A stretch of 12,933 nt of DNA from Fibrobacterales bacterium (GCA_051532035.1 JAOPTW010000011.1:127406-140338); one strand, 5' to 3'. Counted from the first letter of the stretch, positions 1-8,593 are shown. A program made the numbers and translations. The notes: generated by a model not told the origin, from the letters alone.

Positions 1-777
1 CTTCCTGGTGTTAAAGGTGACACTGGCGATAACGGCGTCGGTATTGAATGGTTAGGTACATTAACGACTGTACCTGATTCACCATCATTAAATCAGGCGT
101 TTTACAATATCGCTGAAGGAGTATCGTGTCTATTTGATGGAGATTCATGGGAAATTCTATCACGCGATGCCGGTTCTACGGTTACTGAGTGTCAAACAAG
201 CTCTGGAACATTTGTAGATTCGAGAGATAGCAAGCAATATAACTGGGTGAGAATAGGACTTCAGAAATGGATGGCTGAAAACCTTAATTACGCAACAACT
301 GGTGGTTCATATTGTTATGATGATGATTCTGCAAATTGTGATGTCTACGGCCGTCTCTATGATTGGAATACTGTGATGGACGGAGCTGCTCCTTCAAATA
401 CTAATCCTAGTGGAGTACAAGGTGTTTGTCCTGAAGGGTGGCATGTTCCAAGTAGAACAGAAGTTACTCAGCTTGTTTTTCACGCTTATAATAATGGCGC
501 AGAAAATAATCCTGGAACCAGCTTCAAATCTGAAAGCATGTGGAATGGTACAGATTTATTTGGCTTTAATGGACTCCCAGGAGGTGTACGTCGTGATTTT
601 GGTGATTACCAGTCTATAGATACACAAGCTCAGTGGTGGACTACTTATATGACAGACCCGGTAAATGGTACTAAAGCATATACCTATACAGTATCCTCCG
701 GTAGTAATGGTGTTGGCGAAGGACCGAGTAAGTTTCTTTCAGGGCATTCTATGCGTTGCCTGAGTGATAATCCATAA
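1..777 (+). CDS. 3' part of a FISUMP (Fibrobacter succinogenes major paralogous domain) protein preceded by collagen-like G-X-Y repeats; 5' end lies outside the window
   Basis: Frame +1 is open from base 1 (LPGVKGDTGDNGVGIEWLG...), so 247 is not the real start. FISUMP motifs follow: GTFVDSRDSKQY, IGLQKWMAENLNY, YGRLYDW, QGVCPEGWHVPS, FGFNGLPGG, WWT, SMRCL. Stop TAA at 775-777. Confidence 0.9.
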   Translation, partial: LPGVKGDTGDNGVGIEWLGTLTTVPDSPSLNQAFYNIAEGVSCLFDGDSWEILSRDAGSTVTECQTSSGTFVDSRDSKQYNWVRIGLQKWMAENLNYATTGGSYCYDDDSANCDVYGRLYDWNTVMDGAAPSNTNPSGVQGVCPEGWHVPSRTEVTQLVFHAYNNGAENNPGTSFKSESMWNGTDLFGFNGLPGGVRRDFGDYQSIDTQAQWWTTYMTDPVNGTKAYTYTVSSGSNGVGEGPSKFLSGHSMRCLSDNP

Positions 778-823
778 TTACTCATACATACAATGCAAAT
801 AATAGTTGAACACGATAACTATT

Positions 824-860
824 AACAAAGAGGCTACCTGAAAGGGTGGCCTCTTTTGTT
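824..860 (+). terminator. Intrinsic terminator, probably bidirectional
   Basis: AAGAGGCTACCT-GAAA-GGGTGGCCTCTT stem with a GAAA loop, followed by TTGTT and preceded by AACAAA, 47 bp after the FISUMP stop. A second small hairpin (AATAGTT...AACTATT) lies at 801-823. Confidence 0.85.
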
Positions 861-875
861 GGGATAGTAAGATTC

Positions 876-940
876 ACTTGACTTCCCGCTCTTGAACCTC
901 ACATTGCTCCTTGTGTCGGTACCTATTCTTATATGGTTCT
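876..940 (+). repeat. Dispersed intergenic repeat A, copy 1 (copy 2 at 1754-1819)
   Basis: Aligns by eye with 1754-1819 at 56/66 positions, with 9 transitions and 1 gap. Confidence 0.9.
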
Positions 941-1046
941 GCTTCTGGTATCAATTGGGTGGCACGGTATCTTACTGAGGGTGGGGAGTTGGACTTGTCT
1001 CTTGTGATTGATTGAGTATTTGGAAGTGAATAGGGGATGATACAGA

Positions 1047-1097
1047 GTTTTGAGTTGTAATTGGATGGGGGATTATTAGATTTATTGTATAGACTTA
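1047..1097 (+). repeat. Dispersed intergenic repeat B, copy 1 (copy 2 at 3660-3710; weaker copy at 2029-2056)
   Basis: GTTTTGAGTTGTAATTGGATGGGGGATTATTAGATTTATTGTATAGACTTA matches 3660-3710 at 46/51 positions. Confidence 0.9.
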
Positions 1098-1146
1098 CCC
1101 TCTGGATAATAAGTGCTATACCCTAGGTCTATCTTAAGGAAAAGAT

Positions 1147-1689
1147 TTGCGTAAAAAGTTACTAAAGATATTGAGAAATGCTGTACTATCGATTTTAATT
1201 GTTCTTTTGATTATTAATGTTTCAATACGAGTACTTGATTCGTATAAAATCGAACCGATATTAGAAATAATAAATGTTTCAGAAAATTTCACCGTTTGTA
1301 ATAATGAAAATGATTTTTTAGACAGCCTTCAAATTACTCACACTTCTATTAAGAACTTTATATCGACATTAAAGCCTGGAACATCTAGATCATCAGAAGG
1401 TGAGTCGATATTGATTTCTTTCTATTGTAATCCAATTCCGCCAAATAGCTTTAATTACCCCATATTAAATCCTATTGCTTCTAGAAATGAGTTTATAAAG
1501 CGTTTACTATATGTAGTTGCCGTCCCAAATATCACTGGATTAAAAAAAGCCCTGTTATACGGCTGTAATGAAACTCTAACCTATATGTATATTGAAAATA
1601 ATAAATTTAAGATGCTTGAATCCTACTCCGGTGACACAGTCAGATCATATTTGATTGAAGAGGATGAAGGCAACAGTGTCGCACAATAA
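1147..1689 (+). CDS. Hypothetical protein with an N-terminal membrane anchor (180 aa)
   Basis: AAGGA ribosome-binding site before the TTG start; basic N-terminus followed by the hydrophobic helix AVLSILIVLLIINVSI; no recognised family. Confidence 0.75.
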   Translation: MRKKLLKILRNAVLSILIVLLIINVSIRVLDSYKIEPILEIINVSENFTVCNNENDFLDSLQITHTSIKNFISTLKPGTSRSSEGESILISFYCNPIPPNSFNYPILNPIASRNEFIKRLLYVVAVPNITGLKKALLYGCNETLTYMYIENNKFKMLESYSGDTVRSYLIEEDEGNSVAQ

Positions 1690-1753
1690 GAGTATAACGT
1701 ATCTATGTTCCCCCGTGCAAAGTAAAAAATATTGATTTTCCTCAAATTGTTTA

Positions 1754-1819
1754 ACTTGACTTCTCACTCCTGAATCTCACATTGCTCCCTGCATCGGTAA
1801 CCTATTCTCATATGGCTCT
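1754..1819 (+). repeat. Dispersed intergenic repeat A, copy 2
   Basis: 56/66 identical to 876-940. Confidence 0.9.
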
Positions 1820-2099
1820 ACAAACATTTATAGAGGCTCTTGCTGCTGCTGAATTTCTATACGACTCTATGGAGGAGTGAGATGACTTAACAGCGGATAC
1901 GAGTCATATACTCAATAATCTGTATTATAAAGGAGGCGCTATAATGCCTCTCTATGGTAGTATCATTTGAGAATGACGATAGTTTAATCAGAATGAGCAA
2001 TCAGTGCTAGGGAAGGGTACTGCTTCAGCGGGAATTAGCTAGATTATTTGTTATAAATCAACCGTCTGTATGATAAGAGTTATTCGCAAGTCTATAATT

Positions 2100-2609
2100 A
2101 TGAGAATATCTACACTGCTAACATTTTTGATTCTGTTGTCTGCAAGCGTAATCGCTGATGATTTTCAGTATGACCTCTCCAAGCACTTTGGGAAAGAGTG
2201 GAGCTTAAATCACGACAAGAAAGAGGTTGATAGTAGCCATAGGTCACTAAAATCATACTTTAATTCCGTTTTAAGGGACACTACACATGATAATATAGAG
2301 GCGCAAGTTGTTTTAACCAAACAACTATCAGCCATAATTATTCATGCAGCTTCCCCCATATTTTTAGGAAGCTCTAAACAGACCTCCAATCACAAAAATG
2401 ACTTCGCCTCGTGCCATGCTGGATTCATGGAAATTGATAGTTCGTACATCAATAGACACACCATTAAGTTAATAGAAGCATTTAATTCTGAAATGCTCTA
2501 TTATTTATTACACATTGATGATTGTAAGGTATCAAAGCTACAACTCATATCTGAAAGCATATATAGTGAGCCACTCAATAAAATATTACGAAGAATTAAG
2601 AATCCTTAG
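2100..2609 (+). CDS. Hypothetical exported protein, possibly a distant paralogue of 1147-1689
   Basis: The ATG at 2100 gives a signal peptide (MRISTLLTFLILLSASVIA|DD); an alternative ATG lies at 2070. Short motifs occur in the same order as in the 1147 ORF. Confidence 0.75.
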   Translation: MRISTLLTFLILLSASVIADDFQYDLSKHFGKEWSLNHDKKEVDSSHRSLKSYFNSVLRDTTHDNIEAQVVLTKQLSAIIIHAASPIFLGSSKQTSNHKNDFASCHAGFMEIDSSYINRHTIKLIEAFNSEMLYYLLHIDDCKVSKLQLISESIYSEPLNKILRRIKNP

Positions 2610-2692
2610 CCGGAAACAGCGAATACCAAATCGTTCTTTTAGCCACTTAAGTCAACCGTAATGCACCTATCGCACTTGGAAACATTTTAATT

Positions 2693-3229
2693 ATGCGCAC
2701 ATGTATTCTTCTGCTTATTTTTGTTAGCTTGGCATTTGGGCAAGACAATAAAGTAAACACCTTAAAATCTACAGAATCAATAAGTTTTGGCGCCTACTCC
2801 ACAGGACAATCAGAATTTAGTTTTTTAAACATGACCGAGTCTATTGATAGCAGGTTCTATACAAAGGGTAAAGTTTTTAATTTCATGTTCATTCATGAAG
2901 GTGAATTACTTCAAAATGTATCACTTGATTTTGTATTCCCAGGTGTTATAATGTTTGCCATGTGCTTTACTAGCTCCGTTGAAAAGTGTGGAAACGCAAG
3001 ACATTTCTCTAATTTATTAAACGGTGAAATTGGGTTTCGATATTCATATTTTTCAATCGCACTCGCGAACAGCCTTCACCCTTTTATTTATAGAGGCCTC
3101 TACCATGATAGTGGAGTCAAAATCAATGTAGGAAGCAAGCATGAGGGAAGTATTTATTTATATGAGCAAGACCGGCTTTGGAATGGTAACTTAGTTTTTG
3201 GGGTTAAGTTGGAGTATAATTATTATTGA
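2693..3229 (+). CDS. Hypothetical exported protein, possibly a small outer-membrane beta-barrel
   Basis: Signal peptide MRTCILLLIFVSLAFG|Q; alternating beta-strand patterns (GEIGFRYSYFSIAL, SGVKINVG); aromatic C-terminus FGVKLEYNYY. Confidence 0.7.
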   Translation: MRTCILLLIFVSLAFGQDNKVNTLKSTESISFGAYSTGQSEFSFLNMTESIDSRFYTKGKVFNFMFIHEGELLQNVSLDFVFPGVIMFAMCFTSSVEKCGNARHFSNLLNGEIGFRYSYFSIALANSLHPFIYRGLYHDSGVKINVGSKHEGSIYLYEQDRLWNGNLVFGVKLEYNYY

Positions 3230-3282
3230 AACCTTAGTTCCCGAGTATTTTAAATGCTCTTATACATCTTATACAAAAATCA

Positions 3283-3312
3283 TGTAACATTTCCATTAAT
3301 AGCGACGTCTAA
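3283..3312 (+). promoter_or_regulatory. Putative ECF sigma-factor promoter
   Basis: TGTAAC-N17-CGTCTAA fits the common ECF AAC...CGT consensus and lies 27 bp upstream of the ATG at 3340. Confidence 0.55.
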
Positions 3313-3339
3313 TCCTTGGACGCAAAAATAAGGAATACT

Positions 3340-3561
3340 ATGATTTTAAAACTATTAATACCAATGGTAGTAGCAGTGTTGCTTCTGTCATGTTTTATGA
3401 ATGATGATGACTCACCCAATAATGATTCTGTTGGCATAAGCAGTTCAGTTACTAGGCTACAGATTCGTCTAGTACCATCAGATACAATAAAAGGGGCACT
3501 AATACTACCTGGTATGTCTTCTGATAATTTGAGTTCTTCAGGGTCATCAAGTGATATGTAG
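3340..3561 (+). pseudogene. Short or truncated lipoprotein (signal peptide and Ser-rich linker only)
   Basis: AAGGA ribosome-binding site; MILKLLIPMVVAVLLLS-C lipobox; the frame ends inside a Ser-rich stretch (SSDNLSSSGSSSDM*) with no evident domain. Confidence 0.5.
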
Positions 3562-3659
3562 CTTTGTTTTGGGAGATGGGTGTAGATAGCTTGCTGAAAT
3601 GAGACTGTCTCATAAATGAGATGGCCTTTTTCATGGGTATATAGGGGAGTTCTTGTGGT

Positions 3660-3710
3660 GTTTTGAGCTCTAATTGGATGGGGGATTAGTAGATTTATTG
3701 CATAGGCTTA
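3660..3710 (+). repeat. Dispersed intergenic repeat B, copy 2, abutting the IS-end relic
   Basis: 46/51 identical to 1047-1097; the similarity stops 1 bp before the inverted repeat at 3712. Confidence 0.9.
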
Positions 3711-3711
3711 T

Positions 3712-3904
3712 TGTAATCCCCCCGAAAAACCACCGATTTCAAAAATAGAGTCTCTACTTATAGTGTCAATTAAAAATGGGATGATTACAGCCACTTATAG
3801 ACTCGCCATCATCATGAATAGCTCCACGAAACCCACACTGACCAACTCCCCCTGGTCTCAGGTCAAAATATCCGCTTGATCACCTAAAAAATGGGGGGAT
3901 TACA
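3712..3904. mobile_element. Non-autonomous IS relic or MITE with TGT...ACA termini (IS3/IS481-like ends)
   Basis: Perfect 12-bp terminal inverted repeats TGTAATCCCCCC (3712-3723) and GGGGGGATTACA (3893-3904). An extra right-end-like copy, TAAAAATGGGATGATTACA, lies at 3771-3789. No transposase and no clear target duplication. Confidence 0.7.
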
Positions 3905-3957
3905 CTACTACTAAAACCCCTATTAAATATTCCATAGATGCAGACTGGAACAATACA

Positions 3958-5388
3958 TCAGTAAGTCAAATGAGGAGCATAGTCCCCTCGTGAATAATCT
4001 TTACAAAATTCCGTTTCATCACCCTGATACACCGGGTCATGCTTAATCAGTGCTGGTCGTATCACCTCCCATAGTAATTCTCTTGGTATAGGGTCGAGTT
4101 GTTTGGCAACTATCACAAGGTCAAGCCCTTTATGGCCAAAAATATAATTTCCATGTGCTCCAATAGCAGACCACACCCCAACATCATAGGTTTGGGTACA
4201 CTGTGATAGTTCGCAGTCAGTAGATAATGAAAGACCATGGGGATAGGTTGCATGAATAGGTCTCGGTTGGCACTCTCCAGGGTGCACCCATGTTAAGTAC
4301 CCATAGTTAGTTGAAGCAGATTCAAAAGCGGGGTGTGTCATTTTATAAATCCAAGACGCATCAACAATGGTATCTCCACTCCATATCCCATTACGTATCA
4401 TAAGGAGCCCTAATCGCGCCATATCACGAATAGTCGTATGCCAACCAGTGGCCATGGGGGGAACTTCTTCTCCAGGCAGATTATCCCACGTGAGCTTGCC
4501 CATACCTAATGGTTTTGATATATGCTTTTTAACAAAATCATAAAAGGTATTTCCAAGTCTTTCGGAATCTTGTGAAATAGCCGTTACCACAATATCAGCC
4601 AAGGTATTTATTTCACGTTTTCCATTCGCATCGTATTTAAAGGTTTTATTTCCATATCCCAAGTCAGTATTAAAGGCGACCATGCCAAGTACATGTGCAA
4701 TATGTGCCTTTTTGTTGTAGCTTATACTACCTCTATCTAACCAATGGTCAACTCTATCTAACTCAGAAAGGGGACCGGTCTTTGGACCGGTGTTCGTAAA
4801 GTGCTTTGTTTCATACACTGCTTTTCCAAAAGAAATAGCTGCAAGTGTTTTAGATACAGAATATACCAGATTTTTTTCATTGACTTGGGGTTGGTCTTTG
4901 GGGTGATGTTCATGGCATAATTTTCCAAATCGAATGATGGCGTAACTTCTTCTAATATATTTGTTTGCTGTCTTAAGGAGATCAGGATCTAACCCACATT
5001 CATCTATAAGGTTTTCTGAGGCAACAACATCCCATGGGCCTGTTCCTGGATCGTAAAATGCAGCGATGGAATGTACACTACTTGCCGGTTTTGAATATGA
5101 ACTACTAGAAAGATTGTGATTTATAGATGAGAACGGGGTATCGCTTGAGAGTTGTACCTGTGATGATTCTACTAAAGAAGAGTTGTGTGAACTGCTTTGA
5201 TTCACAACTAAAGCTTCTGATGAGTAAATTGAGCTACTGGGACGGTTATCAGTTTTAGATGAATATATCGAGCTACTCGATACAGTGTTAGCTTGTTGTG
5301 ATACTGGGCTTACCAAGTTATCTGAATGTTTTGAGGAAAAACAACCAATGAGTAATCCACTTATAAGTGGTATCATTAATAATTTCAT
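3958..5388 (-). CDS. Serine hydrolase (beta-lactamase/AmpC-like family) lipoprotein
   Basis: The ATG at 5388 follows GAGAGA and gives a lipobox (MKLLMIPLISGLLIG-C) and a long Ser-rich linker. SxxK motif YSVSKT, plus FKY, KPLGM, TTIRDMARLGLLMIRNGIW, YGYLTW and AIGAHGNYI. Confidence 0.85.
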   Translation of the reverse strand: MKLLMIPLISGLLIGCFSSKHSDNLVSPVSQQANTVSSSSIYSSKTDNRPSSSIYSSEALVVNQSSSHNSSLVESSQVQLSSDTPFSSINHNLSSSSYSKPASSVHSIAAFYDPGTGPWDVVASENLIDECGLDPDLLKTANKYIRRSYAIIRFGKLCHEHHPKDQPQVNEKNLVYSVSKTLAAISFGKAVYETKHFTNTGPKTGPLSELDRVDHWLDRGSISYNKKAHIAHVLGMVAFNTDLGYGNKTFKYDANGKREINTLADIVVTAISQDSERLGNTFYDFVKKHISKPLGMGKLTWDNLPGEEVPPMATGWHTTIRDMARLGLLMIRNGIWSGDTIVDASWIYKMTHPAFESASTNYGYLTWVHPGECQPRPIHATYPHGLSLSTDCELSQCTQTYDVGVWSAIGAHGNYIFGHKGLDLVIVAKQLDPIPRELLWEVIRPALIKHDPVYQGDETEFCKDYSRGDYAPHLTY

Positions 5389-5604
5389 TGTTAGTCTCTC
5401 ATGTTGAATGCGTTGCATTTAAAATAGATTAATTTTCTGTACGAAAAATGTTCGCAATTGTAATAAAAGAGTAACATAGCAGCAGACAGTACTCGTATAA
5501 CATTCATACTCGTTGGTAATTGCTGATGTAAAGAGCCAATTATTCGATCGGTACCTATTGAGAGTACCCTTCAGATGTATTGGGAAACACTAATTGATCA
5601 ATAC

Positions 5605-7344
5605 TCACGAAGAACAGCTCAAATGTGAAACCCCGCCCATGCGAAAAAGTTCTCGAGGTTTGAGTCGATAGTACTTCTGCTCAATCTCATCTGATTGCTC
5701 CCCATAGGGATTATTCAATAGCTCTTGAAGTTCTCGAACCAGAGAGTAATCACCCTCTTTAGCCTGTTGATACGCCGGAACAACAAACCACTCACGTAAG
5801 ATGTATTTGGGGTTCACCTTTTTCATGTGCTGAGAAATTTCTTCGTTGGATCTAGAAGTGATCTGATTTGTCTCATCAAGGAGAGTTCTCCATTTGTTCA
5901 GCCACTCCGTCCAGGCGCTCTCTAAGGTTATTTGGATATCGTAGAAGCTTTTCTTAAGTGGAGTAATGTCATCTGGAAGTGAAGAGAGTTCTCTGAAGAA
6001 AATGGTGTAATCAACTGGTGTCTGCGTCATGAGCGTTTGCAGTTCCATATAGAGTTCGGTGCTTTGCGTGAGAGCTGATTCATTTATTGATGAGGGAAAG
6101 CCAAGTTTTTCTGCCCACATCTTTTTGAGTGCACTATTCATAACCTTTGGAAATGTACTCTGAATCTTCTCGAGTTCATTTAAGGAGTCTTGGTGAGAGG
6201 TGAGTAGCTGTTTCAGTGCTGAACAGAGAACCGTAAAGTTGGCATGGGCAGCAACGGGTTGATTCATAAAAGAAAAGTGGCGTCCGCCACCTGTCCATGG
6301 TTGATACTCAGGATCATATAGATCAATAAAACCAAAGGGTCCATAGTCAAGAGTAAAACCACCCATAGCGCAATTATCACTATTGAAGTTGCCCTGGCAG
6401 AAACCAACACGGATCCAATGGGTAACTAATGAGGTAAGTCTTTGTTGATAAGTACGTGCGAGTGCTATAACTTTATCTGGTGTAGAAAGGCTGTTGTCAA
6501 TAGCATGAGAATACTCACGATCAATAGTATGTAATACGATTTTTTCGAGCTCTTCTAACGCCTGTGGGTGTTCGTTCTTTCGAGCACGACGGCCAAACAG
6601 TTCCAGTTGACCCACACGTAAGAATGAAGGGGCTACTCGTGTAGAAATAGCGACGGGTTCTGCAACCATAACATCCGGGTCTTCTGAGCGTGATCCCTCT
6701 GAGTACCAGGGGCGTTGGGTCTCTTCTGTTTTTGAAACATAGAGGCACAATGAACGAGAGGTAGGGATTCCAAGCGCATGCATATGCTCTTGGGCGATGA
6801 ATTCCCGAATACTTGATCGTAATACCGCACGACCATCGGCACCGCGGCAATAAGGGGTGCGGCCACCACCCTTTAACTGCATCTCCCAGCGGTTACCATT
6901 GAAAACACCTTCAAGAATAGAAATTGCACGACCATCTCCATAACCGTTTCCGGTCCTAAATGGGCATTGTGACGTGTACTCTGTGCCATAAATAGAGAGC
7001 GCATACCCACATGCCCAACCATACGGATGCATTGGTTCTGGGAGGTGATCATTGTCTCCAGTAAACAGGCGCATAAAATCAGGAGACTCTACCAGGGTAT
7101 CAGAGAAACCAAGCTCAGAGAAAAAGGTTGTACTATGTGCTATATACTCAGGGTCTGGAATAGGTGTTGGTTTAACAGGTACATAGTGACCAGAGAAGAC
7201 TTGCCGCGGGTCGTGGTCTTTGCCATCTTCTGTAGCATCAGGATCACGGGTAAGGGACTCCATTAGCGAGTAGTGTGCTAATGATGCAATGTCGTTGAAT
7301 GTTGATACAGGACCGACACTTTTTGGGGCTTGTGGGTTAGTCAT
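5605..7344 (-). CDS. selO: Protein adenylyltransferase SelO (YdiU/UPF0061 family)
   Basis: Motifs [60 protein letters not shown] and C-terminal SCSS. ATG at 7344; alternative TTG at 7359. Confidence 0.95.
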   Translation of the reverse strand: MTNPQAPKSVGPVSTFNDIASLAHYSLMESLTRDPDATEDGKDHDPRQVFSGHYVPVKPTPIPDPEYIAHSTTFFSELGFSDTLVESPDFMRLFTGDNDHLPEPMHPYGWACGYALSIYGTEYTSQCPFRTGNGYGDGRAISILEGVFNGNRWEMQLKGGGRTPYCRGADGRAVLRSSIREFIAQEHMHALGIPTSRSLCLYVSKTEETQRPWYSEGSRSEDPDVMVAEPVAISTRVAPSFLRVGQLELFGRRARKNEHPQALEELEKIVLHTIDREYSHAIDNSLSTPDKVIALARTYQQRLTSLVTHWIRVGFCQGNFNSDNCAMGGFTLDYGPFGFIDLYDPEYQPWTGGGRHFSFMNQPVAAHANFTVLCSALKQLLTSHQDSLNELEKIQSTFPKVMNSALKKMWAEKLGFPSSINESALTQSTELYMELQTLMTQTPVDYTIFFRELSSLPDDITPLKKSFYDIQITLESAWTEWLNKWRTLLDETNQITSRSNEEISQHMKKVNPKYILREWFVVPAYQQAKEGDYSLVRELQELLNNPYGEQSDEIEQKYYRLKPRELFRMGGVSHLSCSS

Positions 7345-7631
7345 AACTTGAATTACCAATACATGTAACAGATACCATACTTAAAATAGAAGTTTTCAGA
7401 TTTGAGGTCGTTGCAATGGCTAATTAACTACAACACAGTAATTATCTATTACAAATATGTGGGTATGGAAGGGGAGATATGCTTGCAATAGAGAGTGATG
7501 GAATATTCATTCAACTACTGGAGGCCGTAGGAGCGTTGCTACGGCTCACTTCTTAAGTATATATAGTATATGGGGTATATCAACGAAAACTCAGATTTAG
7601 GAAATAACGGTATCATTCACTGAATTAAACA

Positions 7632-7654
7632 GGTCATTTTGTAACAAAATGACC
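7632..7654. promoter_or_regulatory. Perfect 11-1-11 palindrome, candidate operator
   Basis: GGTCATTTTGT-A-ACAAAATGACC in the divergent intergenic region between selO and the 7858 gene. Confidence 0.45.
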
Positions 7655-7707
7655 GAGTTAATGTTATGAGTTAGGGGAGGGAGAGGCGCTATACCTATAA
7701 TAGAGAA

Positions 7708-7787
7708 TGTTGGTGGATATAGGAATGGGCAGAGAGTCTATTTGGGAGACAGCATGTCTATGCAGGGTCGAAAATATTTTTGTGTAC
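7708..7787 (+). repeat. Inverted repeat C, left copy
   Basis: Blocks TGTTGGTGGAT, TAGGAATGGGCA, GTCTATTTGGGAGA and GAAAATATTTTTGT(G/T)TAC recur in the same order on the minus strand at 9010-9083. Confidence 0.85.
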
Positions 7788-7857
7788 GCCCCACCGTCCA
7801 TGGTTGGGCTATTTTATTATATTGGATAAATAATTGTGAAAGGTATAAGGATATTAG

Positions 7858-8517
7858 ATGAAGTACTAATTTGTAGTGTTGATTGTTTTTTTAGTTTCAT
7901 GCGCTGGGCTATATCAAGCGAAATTAAATAAAGATTTTAAGAACGAAGACTTGCCTGCCGAATTTAATTCACAATTTAATGAATACGCAAATGCATTATA
8001 TAAAATGCCAAAAGTCTACACTGATCCTTATGTTATCAGCATATATAGAATGAATTCATTAAATGTTGAAAATTATAAGATTCCAGCTAAGCTTACGTTA
8101 GAATTGCTGTCTTCAGTAAATAGTGAAAACATTAATTGTGATAATATCAAGAGTAAATTGACAAGTAATGAAGTTATGGATTATGAAAATAATTTTCCGT
8201 TTGGTATGTGTCAACAAGAGCCATTAGATGCAATATTATCAAAGTATAATGAGTTAAATGATAGTATTGCTTATACTCCACAAAAGGTTGATGCCCACTG
8301 GGCTTGGTTTTCAGCGACAGGAGACATGAAAATTATTGATAAATTGGTTAAGTCGGCGGGTGTAGTAGGTGTGCCTTGTTGTTTAAGATGTTTAGAATGG
8401 TCTATACCAAGTATGGCTTATCATAATGATGATATATATAATTACTTAGTTGAATATAATGAAAAACTGCCTGAACAAAGCCGTTCTTGGTTTAAACGTT
8501 TTATACCAGAAAAATAG
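7858..8517 (+). pseudogene. Lipoprotein gene with a nonsense codon in the signal peptide (cassette-like)
   Basis: AAGGA precedes the ATG at 7858; the frame reads MKY*FVVLIVFLVS-C with TAA at 7867-7869, in frame with the 7876-8517 ORF. An attC-type site starts 9 bp after the stop. Confidence 0.7.
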
Positions 8518-8526
8518 ATTAAAAAG

Positions 8527-8584
8527 ATATAACAAGACATTAGAGCGGTATCACAAGTGATCCGCTCAATTCAGGACGTTATAG
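8527..8584 (+). mobile_element. Integron attC-type recombination site (58 bp)
   Basis: R'' ATATAAC (8527-8533) and R' GTTATAG (8578-8584) are complementary. Inner ATT(A)GAGCGG pairs with CCGCTCAAT with one extrahelical base, and ATCAC-AA-GTGAT forms the apex. The site sits between a stop codon and the next RBS/ATG. Confidence 0.8.
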
Positions 8585-8593
8585 GAGGGTTAT

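Noticed and set aside
410..619. 69-aa ORF
   Set aside because: Alternative frame inside the FISUMP gene.
620..860. FISUMP C-terminus as a diversity-generating retroelement target
   Set aside because: No template repeat and no reverse transcriptase seen in the window; a remote DGR cannot be excluded.
1812..1880. 22-aa ORF MALQTFIEALAAAEFLYDSMEE
   Set aside because: No ribosome-binding site and it starts within repeat A; at most a gene remnant.
3452..3634. 60-aa minus-strand ORF
   Set aside because: Antisense to the lipoprotein stub, with no recognisable features.
5605..5607. TGA at the end of selO as a selenocysteine codon
   Set aside because: The Sec-equivalent position is already Cys (SCSS), so this TGA is the normal stop.
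6521..7266. ORFs 6521-6850, 6633-6869 and 7027-7266
   Set aside because: Shadow frames within selO.
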